In this document: positions 50,931 through 59,367 of the stretch, piece by piece | Numbering within the stretch: the first letter of the stretch is position 1 | Layout: the number at the start of each line of letters is the position of its first letter | Assembly (NCBI GenBank): GCA_964188305.1 | Contig: OZ076886.1 | Length of the DNA stretch: 64,000 nucleotides | From: Podarcis bocagei | Taxonomy: Eukaryota | Reading direction: 5' to 3' (one strand) | Notes under the pieces: model-generated | Told to the model about the DNA's origin: nothing | What the model saw: only the letters and a program-made list of their open reading frames with translations | The model's database searches: none | Position numbers and translations under genes: made by a program

Positions 50931-53900
50931 TTCAAGAGAAAAAGGAAAAATTTCCACATATACACTTCAATACATTGTTTTGTTTTATTGACTTCCCATC
51001 CCCTTTTCCATGGTGATTTTATTTTCTCTCCTTTTACTACACCCTATCTTCTATCTCTTATAACAAAACAATATTATAGTAAGTCCTATTTTTTTCTGTT
51101 CCTCATGCTTCAAATCCTGCTTGCAAGTTCATCATACTATAATATTTCTTTAAATAATAATAATTGTATTTCCCAGCCTTAAAAAACAGATACTACACTT
51201 GATCTTAGTCAAAAGGCCGGGAAATATTATTATTTAAAGAAACATTATAGTACAGTGGTGCCCCGCAAGACGAATGCCTCGCAAGACGGAAAACTCGCTA
51301 GACGAAAGAGTTTTCAGTTTTGGAGGTGCTTCGCAAAACGAATCTCCTATGGGCTTGCTTCGCAAGACGAAAATGTCTTGCGAGTTCCTGCGGTTTCCCC
51401 CCCTTTCTCCCCCTTTTCTAAGCCGCTTATCAGCTGATCCGATAAGCTGATAAGCCGCTAAAAGCCGCTAATAGCGCTAATCCGCTAATCCGTCAATGGG
51501 CTTGCTTCGCAAGACGAAGAAACCGCTAGACGAAGAGAATCACAGAACGGATTCTTTTCGTCTTGCGAGGCACCACTGTATATATTATACTATATAATAT
51601 AGTATATATTCAAAGCAGCATAATTAACAGGAAGCTAAAAGTTTAGTATGAATGAGCAACCAAGTGGGCTCTTGGAGAGGAGATTGCAGCTGTTTTGTTC
51701 CTCTCCAGTTGTTTTGCTGCTGAACTAAGCCATGGTTTGTTGTAGTGCATCATCTGAACTTGGGTTTAGCGTTCTCCAAACAAATCACAAGTAAGTCAGC
51801 TCAGCAGCAAAACGACCAGGGAGGAGCAAAGCCTTTGCAGCTCGGCTCCAGAAACCTGCATGTTCGTGTGCTCATGCTAAGCCATGGTTTGGTTTAGGGT
51901 GATGTGCAAATGATGTTTGTTGAACAGGATGTCAAATGTTCCTGACTTTTCAGAGCTTGGTACTAGTTACCTGGCAAAAAATTTTTGATGGCGGTGACTG
52001 GTGAAATAATGGAAAGTTGTCAATTCTAGTCTAAAGAGGGTTCAGTTTAGCAGAACTGCTCTGTTTTCTGCGCAGTTGAGTTGAAGCCAGTTGCCATGAA
52101 GACAGGGAAAGAGGACCGGAAACTTCAGAAAGAAGACAAGAAGGCTGCAAAGGAAAAAGACAAAGAAAAAGCGAAAGCGGCCAAAGAGGTACATAGCTGG
52201 ACTCTTGTAAGGTACGAATGCTGGAAACGAAGGACTTGGTTCCGAGGAAGTATTTGAAAAGGATTTTGGAGCTTCTGAACAGAGCTGCCTCTTTGCTGTA
52301 AAAGGGCGGTTTCCTTCGGACGTGCAACTTGCTGGGAAATACACATGAGAAGACGTTCATGTGACATATGTCCTCAGCTTGCTCCGAGCTCTCTCTATAG
52401 TCTATATCATACCTGTGTTTTTTCTAAACAGGAACGTCCAAAAAGCATGAAAGCCAAATTGAAAGAAGAGAGAAAAGCAAGAGGTTCCACAAAGGAGACA
52501 AAGGAGTCTGTCTCTGCGTCACAGGAAGCTGCAGGGTCAGAGGCCCAAGAAGCTCACCAAGAACAAGTGGACCCAATCCTGCAGGAAAAGTACCACGAGA
52601 AACTTTATGTCGAAGTAAGTCGGTGTGCCCAGCGTTGTCACCTTTTGTCCATTTCCTTACCGCTTTAGCTAAAGTTCTGAACTCTGTTATTTGTAGGTAT
52701 GTACTGTTAATGTGGGTGGTGCTGTGGTCTAAACCACAGAGCCTAGGGCTTGCTGATCAGAAGGTTGGCGGTTTGAATCCCCGCGACGGGGTTAGCTCCC
52801 AATGCTCGGTCCCAGCTCCTGCCAACCTAGCAGTTCAAAAGCACATCAAAGTGCAAGTGGATAAATAGGAGCACTCCGGTGGGAAGGTAAGCGGTGTTTC
52901 TGTGTGCTGCTCTGGTTTGTCATGCTGGCCACAGGACCCAGAAAAACTATCTGTGGACAAACGCCGGCTCCCTCAGCCAGTAAAGCGAGATGAGCCAGAG
53001 TCCTCCACGACGGGACTTAACGGTCAGGGGTCCCTTTACCTTTACTGTTAAAACTAGTGGGCCTTGCTTCTGAACAAATGTGCCTAGGATGAGGCTGCTT
53101 ATCATCTTCTCCCAGTTGCTTTTTCATTTTGTGCCATCTTTTCAACATACGGCAATTGATGTCAGGCTTAGAACTTGCTGTGCATTTGTGACAGACAGGC
53201 AACTGTTTAATCCGGTCTCCTGAGATGAAAGTTAAAACTTCTCTATAATGAGTCCTTCATGCATGCATTGCTTTTGAAATGGGTACCTTCTCCGCAAGTT
53301 CAGAGTGACTTTTTCATTTGCTTCCTCAAGCTGATCTAGCAGAGTTATCTTCTGTGATAACACAGAGGCCAGGCATTAGGGAGAAATAGCATCTCCTGCA
53401 GTCCTGAAACACGAATCGATTCTCCCCACTGACATCTTCTCAGTGCTCAGACTTGAGACTTGATAGACTGATGGAATAATTACACTTTTTGTCTCCTAAC
53501 AGCATAGGGCTAGGCAGCAAAGAAATTTGGGTAGGGCTGCTATTCCGGAATAAACTCAGCCAGAACCATAACATTTTAATACAATCTATGGCCTTTTAAA
53601 CTGGGGGGCAATTGTTTTTGTTTGTTTTTATATTCTAAATGAAGGGTGGTATAGAAATTTAATAATAAAAATACAGTCATATCTTGGATCCCAAACGCTC
53701 TGGAACTCGGATGTTTTGGCTCCTGAACGCCGCAAACCCGGAAGTAAGTGTTCCGGTTTGCAAACGTTCTTTGGAACCTGAACATCCACGGGTTCTGATT
53801 GGCTGCAAGAGCTTGAGAGACTCCTGCCTGACATCCTGGAGAGCTGCCGCCGGTTGGTTTAGACAGAACTGAGCTAGATAGGCTAATGATCTGATAAGGC

Positions 53901-55332
53901 AGCTTCCTCTGTTCCTAAAATCCTACCCATGTCTACTGAGCCACACTTGAGTATGCAGTGGGCAAGTGTGCATTTCATGGCCATCTAATTCCTGCCACTT
54001 CTCACCCCTGATCTTAGCTTAGAAGGGCAGGCTAGGCCAGGACCTGAGGGCCATTCCAGGATCTCCCAGGACAGCCAGCAGGCACGATAACCTGCCTTCC
54101 ACCTCCACTAGCCAAAAGGATATACGGGGTTGCATCTTCTTCAGCTCAGCAGGTCAGACATGAGAGAGAAAACGTGGGGCCGAGAGTGCTTCCCAAAATT
54201 TTATGAAGCACTTAACCTGTTGAAATGACAATTCTCCCCTGCCTCTAAATGCACAGTCCTCTTTTGCACCTGTGTGAGGCAAGGTTTCAGCCTTTCCTCA
54301 GCCCACTGAAAAGAAAGATTGGCAGCAGGTTACAGCACAGTCCTAATGTCTACGCCGAAGTCCTGTTCAGTTCAGTGGGCCTTATTCCCAAGTTCGGTGA
54401 GGCTAGGACTACAGCTTTACATGTACCCCAAATAGTATATGTTTATATCATGGATAGGCAAACTAAGGCCCAGGGGCTGCATCCGGCCCAATCGTCTTCT
54501 AAATCCAGCCTGTGGATGGTCCAGGAATCAGCATGTTTTTACATGAGTAGAATGTGTCCTTTTATTTAAAATTCATCTCTGGGTTATTTGTGGGGCATAG
54601 GAATTCCTTCATCCCCCCCCCCAAAAAATATAGTCCATCCCCCCACAAGGTCTGAGGGACAGTGGACCGGCCCCCTGCTGAAAAAGTTTGCTGACCCTTG
54701 GTTTATATAAAAAAATTCCTTCCCGTAGCACCTTAAAGACCAACTAAGTTAGTTCTTGATATGAGCTTTCGTGTGCATGCATACTTCTTCAGATACACAT
54801 ATACACATTGGTTTATATGTTTGTAGCTTCCTCAGCCATTACACTAATGGAACAAAGAGGCTTTAGGAGCTGTTGGGATTGCTCCAATTTGTCACTGATG
54901 ATGGAATTCTGCAGCAGTAATATAGAGGGTTATCCTCAGTTGCAGTTGGTCATTAAGGCTGCAGTCCTACATCTATGTATCTGAAAGCAAGCCCCACAGA
55001 GCATTCAGTGGGGCATACTTCTGAACAGACATATACTGTACAGGGTTGCTCTGTTAAAGGCTGAAAAATGCCTCTCTCACACACAGAGAATGTTTGTTAT
55101 GGGATGCCTGCACACACACAAAAACCACCTGAGAAAAACCATACTTGACTGTCTGTTCCTGTGTACCTTTCTACTGGGACTTTGCTGTCCACACTTTTGT
55201 CCTGAAAGTTTTTTTGACTCCTGTTCTTAGGTTTATGGACTGCTGGATTCAATGGTGAGCAAAATGCTTTCCCTCTTTGAAGTGCTGAAGAACGATCCCT
55301 TAGAAAAGAAGAACAAACCACCTTTTGTCTAA
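26268..55332 (+). CDS. MYCBPAP: MYCBP-associated protein, 19 exons, 912 aa
   Basis: Exons 26268-26319, 28472-28599, 28924-29092, 29256-29362, 34745-34925, 35603-35718, 36909-37059, 38353-38468, 38659-38789, 39319-39424, 41186-41375, 42695-42882, 44185-44331, 45514-45834, 46820-46941, 48095-48210, 52076-52188, 52432-52614, 55231-55332 = 2739 nt in frame. Recognisable peptides QEEPEPVSCVLQGDEIQALAIK, ILPHSILGTLQEFK, NDGTAAIWYDWRR, LNKAALELC; AATAAA at 55366-55371. Confidence 0.94.
26820..27045 (+). mobile_element. Tc1/mariner-type MITE family A
   Basis: TIR and TA TSD. Confidence 0.88.
27694..27811 (-). mobile_element. Short L1-like 3' end
   Basis: Poly-T with TTTATT; 10-bp TSD ACAGAAATTC (27684-27693 / 27812-27821). 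Confidence 0.65.
28472..28599 (+). CDS. MYCBPAP: MYCBPAP exon 2
   Basis: KKRQKTYEQPSSPVQEEPEPVSCVLQGDEIQALAIKLEDLEK. Confidence 0.92.
28924..29092 (+). CDS. MYCBPAP: MYCBPAP exon 3
   Basis: LRTAQLPQEEKEKEKIPVTKKYLIRK...LQYS. Confidence 0.88.
29256..29362 (+). CDS. MYCBPAP: MYCBPAP exon 4
   Basis: GLEEPVVDNFGYILPHSILGTLQEFKQEATKRGQDQ. Confidence 0.9.
29724..30315 (-). mobile_element. Composite Sauria SINE insertion (SINE head + ~155-nt spacer + full SINE)
   Basis: One 12-bp TSD GGGGAGTCCTGT at 29712-29723 and 30316-30327. Confidence 0.8.
30530..30647 (+). mobile_element. tRNA-Lys(CTT)-headed SINE with CR1-like tail
   Basis: GGTAGAGAATGGGACTCTTAATCTCAGGGTCGTGGG + ATTCCTGCATTGCAGGGGG; second copy at ~44919-45048. 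Confidence 0.7.
31403..33956 (+). mobile_element. BovB (RTE) LINE, 5'-truncated; partial endonuclease + complete RT, one frameshift
   Basis: IIGDWNAKVG, NQIDYIL, SDH (APE); FIDYAKAFD, GVRQGCILSP, LRYADD (RT); (CAA)n tail; 11-bp TSD ATGTGTTAATT (31392-31402 / 33957-33967); frameshift at ~33720. Confidence 0.95.
33760..34535 (+). repeat. 382-bp direct tandem duplication (33760-34141 and 34154-34535) with 12-nt junction insert
   Basis: Both copies contain the BovB 3' end, TSD, flank and MITE left end; offset 394. Confidence 0.92.
34481..34697 (+). mobile_element. Tc1/mariner-type MITE family A (left end duplicated at 34087-34141)
   Basis: TIRs present. Confidence 0.85.
34745..34925 (+). CDS. 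MYCBPAP: MYCBPAP exon 5
   Basis: VARLVPDE...ALQNWNRNMMLRRMQQKRLC. Confidence 0.9.
35071..35290 (+). mobile_element. Old CORE/Squam3-like SINE
   Basis: CAGTGTGGTGTAGTGG head; CCTACCTCAC...GTTGTGAGGATAAAAT core. Confidence 0.6.
35603..35718 (+). CDS. MYCBPAP: MYCBPAP exon 6
   Basis: CLHKSESRLLMNFAESYRKIQEQRTLIDRSLPFLYLGK. Confidence 0.92.
35822..36063 (+). mobile_element. Tc1/mariner-type MITE family A
   Basis: TIR and TA TSD. Confidence 0.88.
36909..37059 (+). CDS. MYCBPAP: MYCBPAP exon 7
   Basis: GFNVGTEFWNQPVLIGDEVNGL...THIGKPRSIWKEM. Confidence 0.92.
38353..38468 (+). CDS. MYCBPAP: MYCBPAP exon 8
   Basis: TRPSKYLSFHRTWEKSLFLKQRRNELKDILEKLDFYNP. Confidence 0.92.
38659..38789 (+). CDS. 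MYCBPAP: MYCBPAP exon 9
   Basis: DLDGLEVVSKNHPYTSVTAE...E8...; AAG acceptor. Confidence 0.88.
39319..39424 (+). CDS. MYCBPAP: MYCBPAP exon 10
   Basis: DPLAKYPDVVSAPVLGPSLKFCEQPARWINTTSEE. Confidence 0.9.
39894..40437. mobile_element. hAT-type MITE with nested family A MITE (40039-40270)
   Basis: 8-bp TSD TCCTAGAC/TCCTAGAT; inner element has TA TSD. Confidence 0.82.
41186..41375 (+). CDS. MYCBPAP: MYCBPAP exon 11
   Basis: GEIGIAARVTFE...NDGTAAIWYDWRR...FYFNTRS. Confidence 0.93.
41776..42101 (+). mobile_element. Sauria SINE (deletion in head)
   Basis: 13-bp TSD TACTTCTGTGGCC. Confidence 0.9.
42695..42882 (+). CDS. MYCBPAP: MYCBPAP exon 12
   Basis: GVILPRETRKFSFIFK...LLGGAMLQVTLW... Confidence 0.93.
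44185..44331 (+). CDS. MYCBPAP: MYCBPAP exon 13
   Basis: EELEAREVAVIV...DAYVTEEELFHRMNPE. Confidence 0.93.
44535..44760 (+). mobile_element. Tc1/mariner-type MITE family A
   Basis: TIR and TA TSD. Confidence 0.88.
45514..45834 (+). CDS. MYCBPAP: MYCBPAP exon 14
   Basis: LYYQHQVVKELYELW...EWNLSIFDFKQ. Confidence 0.92.
46259..46631 (+). mobile_element. Sauria SINE
   Basis: Head, body and tail match other copies; internally deleted copy at ~48335-48570. Confidence 0.85.
46820..46941 (+). CDS. MYCBPAP: MYCBPAP exon 15
   Basis: TLLTIPEEEEREAALAQLNKAALELC...LLYQI. Confidence 0.92.
47178..47575 (+). mobile_element. CR1 LINE 3' fragment
   Basis: IRGLETKPYEEQLKEL...LEKRRLRG...IFKYLK; CR1-type 3' UTR ending in ATTCT repeats. 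Confidence 0.85.
48095..48210 (+). CDS. MYCBPAP: MYCBPAP exon 16
   Basis: FQLWREVIDGLVSRSLVLRSLLGMPEKDTY... Confidence 0.92.
48620..50770 (-). mobile_element. L1/Tx1-like LINE 3' fragment, interrupted by a MITE
   Basis: Degenerate ORF2 C-terminus (KWAQDIGHNI..., GTFYHMWWEC, LLAQGWKNEEIP...); A-rich tail. Confidence 0.75.
49679..50547 (+). mobile_element. Long family B MITE with GC-rich fold-back interior
   Basis: Same TIRs as 15322-15598; TA TSD. Confidence 0.85.
50890..50925. repeat. (TG)n microsatellite
   Basis: Seen directly. Confidence 0.95.
51185..51223 (-). pseudogene. U2 snRNA 5' fragment
   Basis: Minus strand TTCCCGGCCTTTTGACTAAGATCAAGTGTAGTATCTGTT vs recalled U2 TTCTCGGCCTTTTGGCTAAGATCAAGTGTAGTATCTGTT (2 mismatches; includes branch-point pairing GTAGTA). 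Confidence 0.88.
51253..51578 (+). mobile_element. Tc1/mariner-type MITE family B
   Basis: TIR and TA TSD. Confidence 0.85.
52076..52188 (+). CDS. MYCBPAP: MYCBPAP exon 17
   Basis: Lys/Glu-rich ELKPVAMKTGKEDRK...AAKE; phases fit neighbours. Confidence 0.85.
52432..52614 (+). CDS. MYCBPAP: MYCBPAP exon 18
   Basis: ERPKSMKAK...EQVDPILQEKYHEKLYVE|gtaagt. Confidence 0.9.
52711..53042 (+). mobile_element. Sauria SINE
   Basis: TSD TACTGTTAA. Confidence 0.85.
54449..54700. mobile_element. hAT-type MITE (same family as 39894, opposite orientation)
   Basis: Perfect 8-bp TSD GTTTATAT. Confidence 0.85.
54709..54807 (-). mobile_element. Penelope-like element terminal fragment
   Basis: Minus strand ...GCATGCACACGAAAGCTCAT...TTAGTTGGTCTTTAAGGTGCTAC; flanked by repeated TTGGTTTATAT. 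Confidence 0.6.
54759..54796 (-). ncRNA. Minimal type I hammerhead ribozyme motif (PLE type, slightly degenerate)
   Basis: gtat-CTGAAGA-A-GTATGCATGCACAC-GAAA-GC-TC-atat. Confidence 0.6.
55231..55332 (+). CDS. MYCBPAP: MYCBPAP exon 19 (stop)
   Basis: VYGLLDSMVSKMLSLFEVL...PPFV*; AATAAA at 55366. Confidence 0.88.
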   Translation, partial: VYGLLDSMVSKMLSLFEVLKNDPLEKKNKPPFV

Positions 55333-55621
55333 ATACTACTGATTTCATAATGAAATGATAATAATAATAAAAAACCTTGTTTATATATGCTGTGCCAGAG
55401 CAGTTTCCTTTTGTTTATAAAGCTGCCAATTGCTTAAATAGACATGAGGGCTAATCTGCACAATTAACTCTGCCACAGTTGGCTGGCACTACTCGTTTCT
55501 CTGTACGAAAATTTCGGGGTGTAATTAAGGGCAATCCACAGTATGGCAAGGTTTTCAGACCAATGCTATGACTGGCTTCATACATTAACAACGACATGAT
55601 TGAACCCAGGGGTAGATCATA

Positions 55622-55622
<1 letters not shown>

Positions 55623-55652
<30 letters not shown>

Positions 55653-55677
55653 CTTCTTCTTCTTCTTCTTCTTCTTG
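55623..55677. repeat. (CTT)n microsatellite
   Basis: Seen directly. Confidence 0.95.
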
Positions 55678-57199
55678 TGATTCACCATCAAGTTCCCTCT
55701 TCCTCATGAAAACAGATTTCAGGCAGCTACTTCTATATGCATTGCAGAGCCCCGGATTATGATTGTTGGGGCCTGCGGAGCTCCATCAATGCTATAGTAG
55801 CCTGTTTACAGACAAGGGCTTTTCAGAAGCTTGGGAGTGGAATTGTTCAGCTATGGTGCTTCTCCCCCGCCCTGGCAAGGAAATGCCCCATCAAGCTGGT
55901 TTTGTAGTTCTTCAAGCAAAAGCCCTAAACTCATACCCACCAAGCAGCATGGCCAGCCCTCCTGTGATAGATGTACAAGGATCTGCTGAGGGCATGTCTT
56001 TGGTCGTCCCCATGGGACCACTAGCGATGAGCAGCCCTCTGGGAAATCTAGAAACTTAGTTGGTTACTGCCAACTTTGGACTACATCAACACGATGCAGA
56101 AATGTGGAATATAAATGCAATGAGTAAATGCTAACTTTTGAACGCGTGCAGGAGATGCTGTGCATTGATTTTTGCTGTACAGAAAACATTCATGGGTGAA
56201 TGGGCCACTTATAGAGAAGAAATGCCTCTCCTATACCAAAGGCCCCCATTCCCCATTTCATCTAGACTGGGACTGGCACTATTGGCAAGGGAGAGCCCGG
56301 TACCTTATTGCGCCTGTAACTCCTGTGCCAAGTGTGAATCCCATATCTCAAGCCACCTGCTAAATTGCCGATTTTGCAGCACTTCAGGCAGTATCTGGGT
56401 GAAAGCCCAAACTCAAACGCCCAGCAGTTCTTCTGCTTGGATCAAGGCAGTTGAGAGGTCCCAACCTGCATTGTGCTGGACAAGCTTTTGCCTTTGTATG
56501 CTGTTAAGGAAACTCTGGCACCAAGTGTTCTAAATCCGTTCCCTGAGATGACTGCCTCACCTTCCTTGCATGGGTCTTGCTGAGTCTTTACATCCGCTCT
56601 CCCTAGATGTTTCCTGTCCCCTGATCCTTTTAATGTGAGGTGCCAGGGATTGAGCCTGGGACTTCTCAGGTGCAAAAGTTGGAAGCATGGTCCTCCCCTC
56701 CTGAGTCAGTGAAGGGGAATTTGTGGCCCTCTGGAAGTTTGATAGACTCCAGTCCCCCTTCATCCCTCCTCGTTGGCCTTTCTATATGGATGTGTTGAAC
56801 AATGGAGTACAAGGAACATCTGAAGGGCTGCAGGGCCACTTCTGGGACCTGCTGGTGAAGGGCAGGTGATCATTATCAAACCTATTTGCTTTAATAAAAA
56901 GGTCAGCATGAACCCCCACCCCCCACAGCACACCCAGAACCCTCCTCCCTCCCTGTTCTCCACAGCAGGTAGATGGATGGCTTATTCTCAGCTCCCCCTC
57001 CATCCCAGAAGGAGAATCATAGAATCATTTGAATGGTAGAGTTGGAAGGGGGTCCCAAGGATCATTTAGTCCAACCCCCTGCAATGCAGGATTCTCAGTT
57101 TTTTATTATTATCATCCAGGAGAACACTAGAACCGTCAGATAGAAAAGAGGCGAACAAATCTGTTGCTGATTCAAGCATATAGTACAAAGAGTGGAGTG

Positions 57200-59280
57200 G
57201 ATGCGGCAGCTCGATGACGAGGAAGAGGATGACAGCCGTCATCCCCGCCTCCTGCTCGCTACTTGTCAGCGGATCTTTGGGGAGGGGGTGAAGGTGGGGG
57301 TCGTCGTCCCCCCCCCCCCGCGAACCAACACGTCGTCGGTGCTGTCAAAATCTTTTTGAAGGGAGGTGGGGAGAGGTGGGAGCGGGCGAAAGGACAGGCC
57401 TGGCGGTGGCAGCCCTTAGGTCACGCCGCCGTTTTGCTGTCTAGGCAAACCAAACAAAGCCCCGGGGGCCCCGGCGGTGGCAGCGCTCCAGCTCTGGCAC
57501 GGCAGGGACCGAGCCTCGTCCAGGGCTTGTTAACGCTTCTGCCTCCCTCGGCCCTTCTCTCCCACATCGCCCGTCGCCGCCTTGGCACGCCTGCCTGGCG
57601 GTGCCCGCCGCCCGAAGGGGTTAAGCCAGTGAGTCACTGCCTCTCTGCTTTCATAATCCCTGCCTCTCTCTCTCTCTCTGTCTCTCTCCTGCGTCTCCCT
57701 CGAAGCTGGGTCGCCGAGAAGACTTTGGAGAGTCCCTGTCGTCGACGTCGCGGGCCTGAAGCGGTTAACCAGAGCCGGGGTGGCAGCAGCAGCAGCAGCG
57801 AGCCTGCCTCCTCGCTCCCTGGCTCAGTCCCTCCTGCTTTGCGCGCCGCGCGCGCCTGGTGTCCTGTAGAAACTGAAGCAGACCTGCCCAGCAAGCCGAG
57901 CAACTTTTTGCTCCCCCCCCCCCCCCGCATCCCGGCTCCCCGCCTTGCTCTCTTTTAAACGCCGGGCTGGCGAGGAGGACGAGAGACTCCCTCCGCAGCT
58001 GAGGGAAGACTAGGCGCAAACACACACAAACGCCGAGGCTGATTGCGCGCCGTGGTCGCCGCGTCGTGCGCCCCTGCGAGGCAAAGCTCCTGTTCCTCTC
58101 CTGGGTGGACTCGCAAAGGTGAGAGGAGGAGGAGAAGAGGAGGAGGAGCAGCAGCAGGATGGAGGGACGGCTTCGCTTTCCCGCTGGATGGATTTAGGGA
58201 CAGGGTGGCGGGGAGAGGAGGCTGGAAGCCACCACCGAGCAGTGCGCCTGCCTGATCCGGTCGTCTGAGGGGAAAGGTACCTGAAGGGGGTTGAGGATGG
58301 CAGCCGCCGCAGCAGCACCAGCCGACTGCGGACACCGCTGCTGAAGGAGAGCTTGGCAGCGGCAGGAGAAGGACACGCGCACAGCAGCTGCTGCAGCAGC
58401 GGCGCCTGAGGTAAGGACGCTCGCCTCAGGACTGCCCAGCGGGAAAGGACGACCCGGGTGAACGGTCGCCCTGCGCTTTTCCTCGACGGGCGGCAGTGCA
58501 GACCCCTCTGGAGGGAGGAGGATGGCGCTGGGTGGGGGGCGGCAGAGAGAGGAGGCTCAGCCTCGAAAAGGTAGCCCGGAGGAGGAGGAGGAGGAAGTGG
58601 GGGGGGGGAGGAAAGTTCTGGACGCCGAGCGCGCTTTCCTGACTGCAGTGAAGCCCGCTTTGATTGTCATCGCGAGTTTGGCAAAGCCGAGCTGCTGCCT
58701 CCGCTGGGCTCCTCGCACTGCGCCGCCGCCGCCGCCTGCTGAAGTTTCCTGGTCCGCAGAGGGGTGGGGTGGCGAGCAGGGAAACCTGGCTTAAAAAGGG
58801 GGGTGCCTTTGGTTTTTGTGCGCGCGAGGGAGAGGGCGAGATCCCCTTTTCCTTACCCAGATGCAGGAGGAGGAGGTTACCCAGCGAAGTAGGCAGTCTG
58901 TGCTCTGAACCCCCCTGTCTCTCCCCCCTCCACCTCCCCTCTCGCGCCACCTGCATGCTCCAGCGCCCTGCCAGAGCACGCAGGTCGCGCGCCTTTGGAT
59001 GGGTTGGATCGGGCCTCTGCCAGAGAGCAGCTGCCGCCTCCGAACTCCCCAGGATTTCTTCAAGGTGTGTGTAGGCGCGCACACGGACACCCCCGCGCAC
59101 ACCTTTCCTTCTCCCTCCCCCTCCCTCCCCCCTCTCTGGCGCTCGCTCGCTCGCACAGGGACTAGGGATCGTAGGAAGATTCAGCAGGATTATGTAATGA
59201 CGGCTGCTTTGGCTAGCTAGCTGCGCTGGTAAGGGCTGCCTGCTGCCTGGTCGCGCGAGCAAGAAAGGGGGTAAGTCAGT
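57200..59280. promoter_or_regulatory. Large CpG island; promoter and probable non-coding first exon (donor GAG|GTAAGG at 58410) of the next gene, probably EPN3 by synteny
   Basis: High CpG/GC, strong splice donors at 58410/58411 and 59270/59271, no recognisable coding sequence. ACSF2-RSAD1-MYCBPAP-EPN3 order in human is recalled, not verifiable here. Confidence 0.6.
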
Positions 59281-59335
59281 GTCAGGCTTGGGGGTCCCGA
59301 AGCACTTGGGTGGAAGGCAGGACACACACAGACAA

Positions 59336-59367
<32 letters not shown>

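Noticed and set aside
48620-51223. U2-targeting Tx1 (Keno-like) insertion linking the U2 fragment to the neighbouring LINE
   Set aside because: ~400 nt of unrelated sequence separates them, and no 3' half of U2 follows the LINE
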